DNA of 64,000 nucleotides from Macrostomum hystrix (taxonomy: Eukaryota > Animalia > Platyhelminthes), in NCBI GenBank assembly GCA_950097015.1, contig CATNEN010000039.1, forward strand, positions 14,322,001-14,386,000. Reading direction: 5' to 3'. The translations under genes and the position numbers were made by a program. Shown piece after piece: positions 24,108 through 35,700 of this stretch. Each line of letters begins with the position of its first letter. Positions within the stretch are counted from its first letter, which is position 1. The notes under the pieces are model-generated. The model did not search any database and had not been told where the DNA came from. It saw only the letters and a list, made by a program, of their open reading frames with translations.

Positions 24108-26544
24108 ATGGCTCATGGCCAAGCACCTGACGGAGGCTGGGGCTGGATTGTTCTGCTCGGGGCGCACTGCATGCACTTGTTAGCCGGTGGTCTCGACAGG
24201 GCCTCCGGGGTTTTCTACCGAGAACTTCTCAAGGAGCTGCATCAGTCGTCCGCCTCTACTGCCGGATTCAGTGCTCTGCTGTTCTCATCCAGGTTTATGA
24301 GTGGTACGTGAGACAGTTCACGAGACAGTTCATGAGACAGTACATGAGACAGTTCACGAGAAAGTACATGAGACAGTACATGAGAAAGTTCATTAGACAG
24401 TTCATGAGACAGTTCATGAGACAGTTCATGAGACAGTTCATGAGATACCTCGTCAGACAGCAGTTCAGGAGACATACACGAGACTCCTCGCGAGACAGTT
24501 CATGACACAGTCAGTTCATGAGACACTTCATCAGATAGTTCGTGCGTCACCTCGTGAGACAGTCCGTGTAACAGTTTCTCATTGGAAACCGAAACATTTA
24601 ATGTTTAAATAAAAAATGCTACTTTAGCGAACGACAATTGCATTTACAGGTCCGTTTACCGGCGTTCTGTGCAAATACTTCAGCTGCCGCAAGGTCATGA
24701 TGGCTGGTGGTGTCATCTCATTTCTCGGCCTTTTTCTCAGCTCGTTCTGTCGGAGCCTTGCGCTTATCTATCTGACCCTCGGCTTCATGACGGGACTCGG
24801 AAACGGACTGGCCTACACCTCAGGCCTGCTGGCCGTAAACGACTACTTCAGCCGCCGCAAGGCCACCGCTCTCGGTCTAGCGTCTGCGGGCACCGGAGTC
24901 GGCAGCTTCGTGCTGCCCCTACTCACTCAGTATCTCATCCAGGAGTACTCATTCCGCGGCTGCATGCTCATCCTGAGCGGACTGTCGCTCAACCTGATCG
25001 TGTGCGGATCGCTGCTGTACCCGCTGCCTGCGGCTCAGGAAAATGCTGGAGCAGTTACACTGGACGACAACAATTTTGCTGAGGATGAGGCTAGAAAAGG
25101 TCCTCTGCTGGATGCTCCAAAGTGTGATCCGGCAGCTGCAACGGCTGAAATACCTAAGAACGGTTGTCGCGAGACAACTGGGGAGTCACTTCTGGGCCAA
25201 TCGATGACTTCAGTGAAAAGTCTCGATTCAAGAGTATCCGCAGACGGTGCATGCAGTCAAGTTTGCTCTGAGCTTTGGTCCAACTTTGACCTGAAGCTGT
25301 TTCTCGATCCCTGCTTTTCTTTACTGGCTTTGGCGACTGTCTTCATCTCCTCAGGGTTCAAGTCGGTGGCCGTGATCTTGCCACACCATGCACAGCTCAG
25401 GGGCCTTAACGCCATGACCTCGGTTCTGCTCATCTCCGTTGCTGGTAAGACTATTTCGAACGCATGTTCCTACAAATCTGGCATCCTTCTGGTTTGGAAG
25501 CCGAAAATGTATTATCCGAGATCAGCGCCATGAAACGGTCTTAATAAAATAGTGAATTCCTGACGCTGCAGTCGTTGGTTTTAGTGAGGTGATAATGAAG
25601 CTACGATTGCTACTTAGACAAGGTGAGATAATATAGCCTTATCTTCTCTGATACGCTCGTACTGGCTGTCAGCTCTTGTTCGGACACCGCGGCCTAATTT
25701 AAACTAAAATTTCGCCCAGCGGCCAGAAAATTAAAGCCATACAATTTGCACAACTATTTGTTAAGAGCTAAGCCAAAACAATGTCCCAGTAATCTGACGG
25801 TGTACTTGGCTACAGGATGCTTGTTATAGCTTCGTGTCCTTAGTGTCCTTGAGAGAGAAGCATAATTTATTTGGTACTGCAGTTCACCCAGTTGCAAAAT
25901 GGATTCCTACTTCAGCTGGGATGGAAATCAGGGTGGGTCCTCAAAGTGAACAGCTGTACACAGCCTTTGCATACCCCGCGCTAAAGCTTATTCTAGAATT
26001 CAGAGCCGCTTTAATGTACCTGAAGAAGTCTGCCCTTGTCTGAGCCTTGGATAAATTTCACTTTTGTCCAGGTGCTTGCGACACGCTGTCCAGATTCTCC
26101 GTGGGCCTCCTATTCGACATTCCGCTTCTGGTGCCGCACCGCAGACGCATCTGGACGCTCGGCATGCTGCTGACCGCATCCAGCATCGCAGCCTTCGCAT
26201 TCATGCACAGCCTGGCACCGTTCGTTCTCGTTTCCGTGGCGTTCGGCCTCACCTCCGGCCTGTTCATGAGCCAGCTCTACTGTATGCTGATTGACTTGAT
26301 CGGGCGAGACCGCTCGCGCACGGGCCTCGGCCTGCTGATCCTGTGCTTCGGTGTCGGCGTGGCTATCGGTCCGCCGCTAGCCGGAGCTCTGAAGGACGTC
26401 ACCGGGTCCTATCAGCTGTCATTCTGTGTTCTCGGGCTGTCTACGTTCCTTGGCTTCATCTTTCTGTGCGCCCTGGACATTGCTCTGACCATTCGCAAGA
26501 GGCAGCGGGGAACGCAAAGCCGGAGTTTAACTGTGGCGATTTAA
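24108..26544 (+). CDS. Monocarboxylate transporter (SLC16/MCT family), paralogue 2; exons 24108-24303, 24650-25444, 26072-26544 (~487 aa)
   Basis: PDGGWGW, YFSRRKATALG, CDTLSR, GPPLAG. Same intron positions and phases as paralogues 1 and 3; 1464-nt frame. Confidence 0.92.
24309..24575. repeat. 12-bp minisatellite (GAGACAGTTCAT)n in intron 1 of MCT paralogue 2
   Basis: Tandem copies directly after the splice donor, degenerating towards the 3' end. Confidence 0.93.
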
Positions 26545-27496
26545 ATTGGATGCAGCGAATGTTTGAACTGCGCTCTGCCACTCTTGTCAGCACTGGAGTT
26601 TAACATTCAACGCTGTACCTTGGCTGCTTTAAATCAAGTGTATCAACGCTCGACACTCGCTCCTTTGTCTGGTACACATTGTTTTGATTTAGTTTGAAAA
26701 TGTTAGACGCTTAGTTATATTATTTCTCAATATCGGCCCAGGTTTGCCCGTTAGCAATCATGATAGTACATATGTTTGTGAGTTCATCGACAATTGGAAA
26801 ATGGTGCGCAGCGAGGTTGGCACAGCGAATTTGACTTTAGACATTCTATAATTCTAGACTTCGACATTGTACATTAGAGAATAGAATTTAAAGTGTCCTC
26901 GAGTTTTCTGAGTCCAATGTCTAATGTCTAAACTGTATGGAAAGCATAAATTGCAGCTTTTACGGTCGCTACATCTGCGAAAGCTACCACAAATCTGACG
27001 ACAGTTCTGCGCTCTTGCTCTGTTTACAAGGTTTTCTGCTCTCTGCTTTTAAGACAGGTCTTGCGGTCGCTCTATACCATAAAAGTTAAGGTACAAGTTT
27101 GCCTGGTCGCCTAAAAGTTAAGCTGAGTTAGCTACTTCATAAGCTGACCGCTCATTAGGAAGTTAAGTTCATTGTTACATGTTAGAAAGACGCAGAACTC
27201 TGGGTTTAAAACTAGTTGAAAGCCAATTTTAAGCGTAGCGCAGTGAGAATGAGGCAAATATAAGATTTTCTAAAACAAAGTTCGTCCATTGTGAGCCATG
27301 CGAGACAGCTGCAATGTCGATATCCGAGTATGTGATATGCTGTCCAAAAACGGGAATAACTGACACAGTGAACGAATGGATTAACCCTATCGAACAAGCT
27401 TGGGGTCAAACGATAGATGAGCATTTGTTGAATTTAGAGCTCGAAAATCAAACCTACATCCATTTTTGAGCAATTAAAAAATAATGCATGGGGGTA

Positions 27497-28635
27497 GGCC
27501 GGGGTTTTACATAAAACTATGGTTCAGCATCGCTCAGCATCTCCATCACCACCGACAGAGATCTTCACGACAAAGTCCCCATTTAGCTGGCAGAATGGCT
27601 GATTATTGATAGCCTCTTCGCAACTCTGCCATGGGATTTGATACAGTAGGTTTTCAAAGATGCAACCTCGCAGGTGCTTTTTCTTCAGCGGGAATACTGC
27701 GTCGCTTGGCTGTATGAGGCCGAGCGTTATCGTGAAACAGAATAGTCGGCTTCAACGATCGATGTTCTTCGCTTGTTTCGAATTTCGGATTTGAGTCGGC
27801 TTAGTCTTTCGCAGTGCCACTCCGAGTTGATTGTGCTGCTTGGTTCAAGAAAATCAATGGTCAGTGGGCCTTTACGATCAAAACACAAGCTACGAGTATC
27901 TCTGGCATGCAATATTTGAAGGTTTTTCAGGCAAATTACTTTTCTCATCAGCTTCATTTCGTTCGTGGCACCCAGCGAGCTGTCAGCTTGATGAGCCTGA
28001 GATCTTCGGACATGATCAGATGGATGGAGCTTCTTGGTCGGTTCAAACGGTCCGCAAGTTCTCTCACAGGGACTCGAGGATTTTTATCAATCAGTAATTT
28101 CACCTGGTCTGCAAGATTTTTCTTTGTTGGGGAGATCGCAGTTGGCGTCGCTAACGTCCGTCCTTCCATTGTTGAAGTCTTCAATCTATCGGTAGACAGC
28201 AGACTTTGATATGGCATGGATCCCATGGATTAAGCCAAGCTCTTCGAGGATTTCACTCCCTTTATTTCCTATTTTCCACTGCGAATAAATGAACTGCCTC
28301 TATCCTTCTTTTAACGCAACATCGCAACAACATTTCTTAATGATTTCAGAACAGAAGCTTGAAAGCAATATGCAGTGCTGCTCTGATGAGTTGTTTTGTT
28401 TGCTCTCACATCATGTTTTTGAGCTCTTTCTGAGGACATACGAGCGATACTCTTATGGCAAAGTGACACTGCGCTTTGAGTTTTCGTCCTACGATACGAG
28501 CTGATTGTTGTGAAAATCAATCTCAGCTTTTAAGCAGTGGCAGAGTTCTGCTAGTGGGGAAAGACAAAGAAATAAACTGTCGGTGATGGAGACGCAGAGT
28601 GATGCTGAACAATTGTTTAGTGTAAAACTCCGGCC
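27497..28635 (-). mobile_element. Defective mariner-like transposon with ~60-bp TIRs, flanked by TA
   Basis: TIR GGCCGG(G/A)GTTTTACA...CATCACC...GACAG at both ends. Transposase remnants ARWVPR, KGPLTIDFLEPSSTINS and HDNARPHTA. Confidence 0.85.
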
Positions 28636-29504
28636 TACCTGTTTTGTTTCGAGGACTTTTTGAAGCAGCAGTCCTAATCAGTATTTTTTCATGGCATTTA
28701 AAGTCACCCAGGCTTAGTGTTCTGCTGAATAATATATTAAACCGTTGAGTGAGTTTATATAAAAGAGTTTTGACTATAACTCAGTCAGAAATTATATATA
28801 CTTGCAGTGTACATTTATACGTACAGTTTACATGGCTAGAAATACATGCAGTATGCAAGCGAGCGCGAGTCGAACATACAGGGCAATAAACATGTATCAC
28901 TCTTTTGCCCGGGGCGAGCTGTGTATTATATCTACGTAACACTTAACTCTTGTTTTCATTGATTTCCATAGGTGATTAAATAGTTTATTCTTGCTTGATT
29001 TTGCGGGCAAGACCGCTGTGTAGAAACCACGGAACTATGGTAGAAACTGCCCATCCTCTGCCAGCTGTCGGGCTGGGCCATAGACATGAGAAAACTATAC
29101 TCTGTCTTGTTTCGTCACTCATCATAGTTAAGCTTTTACCATAGACAGCAATTTAGCGTGCATGAAATCTCAGCTTGGCTCTTCTGCTCTCTTCTCTTCT
29201 CAGCTTCAAAATTATGCGTCCATCAATGTCGCTGTCTGTGGTCAAAACCAAATGAGTGACTAACCATGTGCCAATGTGAGTACGGCTTTATGTCTCCATG
29301 GATGCATTGGTACAGTTTAAGGTAAAGCTCCAAAAGGTAAGGGAAAACAGTAATAAATAACTGTATAACATTTAGTGAAAACTACTAAAACCGAAAATAA
29401 ATTTTCATTCTATTGTCTTGTTATACTCTGTACAACTAAAAAATAGCTCTCTTGAAGTTAAAACGCATGCATAAAGCATTATTTGTGCCGCAAAATTAAT
29501 ACGG

Positions 29505-29731
29505 TGTGACGTTGTCACTTTCTGAAGCTAATATTAAATCCCAACCTGCGTAATTATTTGGGCCGTTTTACTAATGTCATTTAACTATCACCAACTTCTG
29601 CGTTTCGTATAATTATTTAAAATTGTTAGAGTACTACTGTAAGTAGACGCCAATGTACATCACGCCACCCTAGCTTGTTTTCTACGCGTGTTCCAATGTT
29701 AACTACCCCGGCCAATGAGCGTGCGAGCTCT
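29505..29731 (+). mobile_element. LTR-like repeat, 5' half (interrupted by the Helitron array)
   Basis: Aligns with 49643-49899, from TGTGACGTTGTCACTT to GGCCAATGAGCGTGCGAGCTCT. Confidence 0.75.
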
Positions 29732-29740
29732 TCTTCTCTC

Positions 29741-32700
29741 TCTAAATATACTAATTTTCACGTGTTGTTTGTCTGTGTGTGTGTCTGTGTGTGTGTGTGT
29801 GTGTCAGTTCGACATCTCCTCCTAGAATACTGGCAACTCAGCGTTGAAACTTATATGGGAAAATGGGAAATTTTCCGAGGAAGGCTATAGGCTATTTTAA
29901 TTCTGAAATTTAAAATTCTATGATCCTCAAAAAAGCAGAAAGGCTATTAAGTAGTATATAGTAGGCAAATGTCCTTCCCGCTGTGATGAAATTGGCCTCG
30001 GTTAAATGAGTTGCGTCAACATTTTGTGCCTATCTGTTTAGTGTATTTTCTCTCCAGTGGAGGGTTGGCAGTCGGTTTGAAAAAAAATGGGGCGGAGAGG
30101 TGGCCGTACGCACATTCTAACTGCCTCTGTGTATTGGCGGAGAGAGGGTGCCGCGAGTTATTTCTATTGAGGGGTCTGATTTGTTCAATATTGAAGTGCG
30201 TACAATGGGCAGGGCAGAGTTGGCTGGGTTAAAATAAAATATTTTAATTTGCGGGCCTCTCAGTGTAGGCGGAGAAGAATGTACTTACTAAAAAAACTGG
30301 CTGCACTTTGCGCTAAAGGCAATGAAATTTCAACTGTGAATTGTGCTTTTGCTCTTATCATTTGAAAAGAACTGAGTCGATTTGAGATCAGGCGATCGGA
30401 GCCGCGATGGGAGATGAGGCGATGGGAGATCAGGCAATGGGAGATCAGGCGATGGGAGATTAGGCGATGGGAGATCAGGCGATTGGAGATGAGGCGATGG
30501 GAGATCAGCCGATGGGAGATCAGCCGATGGGAGATTAGGCGATGGGAGATCAGGCAATGGGAGATGAGGCGATGGGAGATTAGGCGATGGGAGATGAGGC
30601 GATGGGAGATGAGGCGATGGGAGATTAGGCGATGGGAGATGAGGCGATGGGAGATCAGGCAATGGGAGATCAGGCGATGGGAGATGAGGCGATGGGAAAT
30701 CAGGCGATGGCGATGGGAGATGTGGCGATGGGAGATGAGGCGATGGGAGATCAGGCGATGGGAGATCAGGCGATGGGAGATGAGGCGATGGGAGATGAGG
30801 CGATGGGAGATGAGGCGATGGGATATCAGGCAATGGGAGATCAGGCGATGGGAGTTGAGGCGATGGGAGATCAGGCGATGGGAGATTAGGCGATGGGAGA
30901 TTAGGCGATGGGAGATGAGGCGATGGGAGATGAGGCGATGGGAGATGTGGCGATGGGAGATCAGGCGATAGGAGATCAGGCGATGGGAGATGAGGCGATT
31001 TGAGATGAGACGGTGGGAGATCAGGCGGGGGAAGATCAGGCGATTGGAGTTAAGGCGATGGGAGATGGGGCGATGGGAGATGAGGCGATGGGAGATTAGG
31101 CGATGGGAGATTAGGCGATGGGAGATGAGGCGATGGGAGATGAGGCGATGGGAGACGAGGCGATGGGAGATGAGGCGATGGGAAATCAGGCGATGGCGAT
31201 GGGAGATCAGGCGGGGGAAGATCAGGCGATAGGAGATCAGGCGATGGGAGATGTGGCGACGGGAGATGAGGTGATGGGTGATCAGGTGAAGGGAGATGAG
31301 GCGATGGGAGATGAGGCGATGGGAGATGAGGCAATAGGAGATGAGGCGATGGGAGATCAGGCGATAGGAGATGAGGCGATGGGAGATCAGGCGATGGGAG
31401 ATGTGGCGACGGGAGATGAGGCAATGGGAGATTAGGCGATGGGAGATCAGGCAATGGGAGATCTGGCGATGGGAGATCAGGCGATAGGAGATGAGGCGAT
31501 GGGAGATGAGGCGATGGGAGATGAGGCGATGGGAGATGAGACGGTGGGAGATCAGGCGGGGGAAGATCAGGCGATTGGAGATCAGGCGATGGGAGTTCTC
31601 TCCCCTCAACCTCCTCCGGAGGAGGAGTTTAGCTCGTAAATATACTAATTTTCACGTGTTGTTTGTCTGTCTGTGTGTGTGTGTGTGTGTCAGTTCGACA
31701 TCTCCTCCTAGAATACTGGCAACTCAGCGTTGAAACTTATATGGGAAAATGGGAAATTTTCCGAGGAAGGCTATAGGCTATTTTAATTCTGAAATTTCAA
31801 ATTCTATGATCCTCAAAAAAGCAGAAAGGCTATTAAGTAGTATATAGTAGGCAAATGTCCTTCCCGCTGTGATGAAATTGGCCTCGGTTAAATGAGTTGC
31901 GTCAACATTTTGTGCCTATCTGTTTAGTGTATTTTCTCTCCAGTGGAGGGTTGGCAGTCGGTTTGAAAATGGGGCGGAGAGTTGGCCGTACGCACATTCT
32001 AACTGTCCCTGTGTATTGGCGGAGAGAGGGTGCCGCGAGTTATTTCTATTGAGGGGTCTGATTTGTTCAATATTGAAGTGCGTACAATGGGCAGGGCAGA
32101 GTTGGCTGGGTTAAAATAAAATATTTTAATTTGCGGGCCTCTCAGTGTAGGCGGAGAAGAATGTACTTACTAAAAAAACTGGCTGCACTTTGCGCTAAAG
32201 GCAATGAAATTTCAACTGTGAATTGTGCTTTTGCTCTTATCATTTGAAAAGAACTGAGTCGATTTGAGATCAGGCGATCGGAGCCGCGATGGGAGATGAG
32301 GCGATGGGAGATCAGGCAATGGGAGATCAGGCGATGGGAGATTAGGCGATGGGAGATCAGGCGATTGGAGATGAGGCGATGGGAGATCAGCCGATGGGAG
32401 ATCAGCCGATGGGAGATTAGGCGATGGGAGATCAGGCAATGGGAGATGAGGCGATGGGAGATTAGGCGATGGGAGATGAGGCGATGGGAGATGAGGCGAT
32501 GGGAGATTAGGCGATGGGAGATGAGGCGATGGGAGATCAGGCAATGGGAGATCAGGCGATGGGAGATGAGGCGATGGGAAATCAGGCGATGGCGATGGGA
32601 GATGTGGCGATGGGAGATGAGGCGATGGGAGATCAGGCGATGGGAGATCAGGCGATGGGAGATGAGGCGATGGGAGATGAGGCGATGGGAGATGAGGCGA

Positions 32701-35700
32701 TGGGATATCAGGCGATGGGAGATTAGGCGATGGGAGATTAGGCGATGGGAGATGAGGCGATGGGAGATGAGGCGATGGGAGATGTGGCGATGGGAGATCA
32801 GGCGATAGGAGATCAGGCGATGGGAGATGAGGCGATTTGAGATGAGACGGTGGGAGATCAGGCGGGGGAAGATCAGGCGATTGGAGTTAAGGCGATGGGA
32901 GATGGGGCGATGGGAGATGAGGCGATGGGAGATTAGGCGATGGGAGATTAGGCGATGGGAGATGAGGCGATGGGAGATGAGGCGATGGGAGACGAGGCGA
33001 TGGGAGATGAGGCGATGGGAAATCAGGCGATGGCGATGGGAGATCAGGCGGGGGAAGATCAGGCGATAGGAGATCAGGCGATGGGAGATGTGGCGACGGG
33101 AGATGAGGTGATGGGTGATCAGGTGAAGGGAGATGAGGCGATGGGAGATGAGGCGATGGGAGATGAGGCAATAGGAGATGAGGCGATGGGAGATCAGGCG
33201 ATAGGAGATGAGGCGATGGGAGATCAGGCGATGGGAGATGTGGCGACGGGAGATGAGGCAATGGGAGATTAGGCGATGGGAGATCAGGCAATGGGAGATC
33301 TGGCGATGGGAGATCAGGCGATAGGAGATGAGGCGATGGGAGATGAGGCGATGGGAGATGAGGCGATGGGAGATGAGACGGTGGGAGATCAGGCGGGGGA
33401 AGATCAGGCGATTGGAGATCAGGCGATGGGAGTTCTCTCCCCTCAACCTCCTCCGGAGGAGGAGTTTAGCTCGTGTACTTACTAAACTGGCTGCCCTTTG
33501 CGCTAAAGGCAATGAAATTTCAACTGTGAATTATTATTTTGCTTTTTAACATTTGAAAAGAACTGAGGCGATTTGAGATCAGGCAATGGGAGATCAGGCA
33601 ATGGGAGATCAGGCGATGGGAGATCAGGCGATCGGAGATGAGGCGATGGGAGATCAGGCGACGGGAGATGAGCCGATGGGAGATCAGGCGATGGGAGATG
33701 AGGCGATGGGAGATCAGGCGATGGGAGATCAGGCGATGGGAGATGTGGCGACGGGAGATGAGGCAATGAGAAATGAGGCGATGGGAGATCAGGCGATAGG
33801 AGATGTGGCGACGGGAGATCAGGCGATGGGAGATCAGGCGATGGGAGATCAGGCGACGGGAGATGAGCCGATGGGAGATCAGGCGATGGGAGATCAGGCG
33901 ATGGGAGATCAGGCGATGGGAGATGAGCCGATGGGAGATCAGGCGATGGGAGATCAGGCGATGGGAGATCAGGCGATGGGAGATGAGGCGATGGGAGATG
34001 AGGCAATGAGAAATGAGGCGATGGGAGATGAGGCGATAGGAGATGTGGCGACGGGAGATGAGGCGATGGGAGATCAGGCGATGGGAGATGAGGCGATGGG
34101 AGATGAGGCGATGGGAGATGAGGCGATGGGAGATCAGGCGATAGGAGATGAGGCGATGGGAGATGAGACGATGGGAGATGATGCGATGGGAGATTAGGCG
34201 ATGGGAGATGAGGCGATGGGAGATGAGGCGATGGGAGATGAGGCGATGGGAGATTAGGCGATGGGAGATCAGGCGATAGGAGATGACGCGATGGGAGATC
34301 AGGCGATGGGAGATCAGGCGATGGGAGATCAGGCGATGGGAGATCAGGCGATGGGAGATCAGGCGATAGGAGATCAGGCGATGGGAGATCAGGCGATAGG
34401 AGATGACGCGATGGGAGATCAGGCGATGGGAGTTCTCTCCCCTCAACCTCCTCCGGAGGAGGAGTTTAGCTCGTCTAAATATACTAATTTTCACGTGTTG
34501 TTTGTCTGTGTGTGTGTGTGTCTGTCAGTTCGACATCTCCTCCTAGAATACTGGCAACTCAGCGTTGAAACTTATATGGGAAAATGGGAAATTTTCCGAG
34601 GAAGGCTATAGGCTATTTTAATTCTGAAATTTCAAATTCTATGATCCTCAAAAAAGCAGAAAGGCTATTAAGTAGTATATAGTAGGCAAATGTCCTTCCC
34701 GCTGTGATGAAATTGGCCTCGATTAAATGAGTTGCGTCAACATTTTGTGCCTATCTGTTTAGTGTATTTTCTCTCCAGTGGAGGGTTGGCAGTCGGTTTG
34801 AAAATGGGGCGGAGAGTTGGCCGTACGCACATTCTAACTGTCCCTGTGTATTGGCGGAGAGAGGGTGCCGCGAGTTATTTCTATTGAGGGGTCTGATTTG
34901 TTCAATATTGAAGTGCGTACAATGGGCAGGGCAGAGTTGGCTGGGTTAAAATTCAATTGATAAAATTTGCGGGCCTCTCAGTGTAGGCGGAGAAGAATGT
35001 ACTTACTAAAAAACTGGCTGCCCTTTGCGCTAAAGGCAATGAAATTTCAACTGTGAATTATTATTTTGCTTTTTAACATTTGAAAAGAACTGAGGCGATT
35101 TGAGATCAGGCAATGGGAGATCAGGCAATGGGAGATCAGGCGATGGGAGATCAGGCGATCGGAGATGAGGCGATGGGAGATCAGGCGATGGGAGATCAGG
35201 CGATGGGAGATCAGGCAACGGGAGATGAGCCGATGGGAGATCAGGCGATGGGAGATCAGGCGATGGGAGATCAGGCGATGGGAGATGAGGCGATGGGAGA
35301 TCAGGCGATGGGAGATCAGGCGATGGGAGATGTGGCGACGGGAGATGAGGCAATGAGAAATGAGGCGATGGGAGATCAGGCGATAGGAGATGTGGCGACG
35401 GGAGATGAGGCGATGGGAGATCAGGCGATGGGAGATGAGGCGATGGGAGATGAGGCGATGGGAGATGAGGCGATGGGAGATTAGGCGATGGGAGATCAGG
35501 CGATGGGAGATCAGGCGATAGGAGATGTGGCGACGGGAGATGAGGCGATGGGAGATCAGGCGATGGGAGATGAGGCGATGGGAGATGAGGCGATGGGAGA
35601 TGAGGCGATGGGAGATTAGGCGATGGGAGATTAGGCGATGGGAGATCAGGCAATGGGAGATCAGGCAATGGGAGATCAGGCGATGGGAGATCAGGCGATC

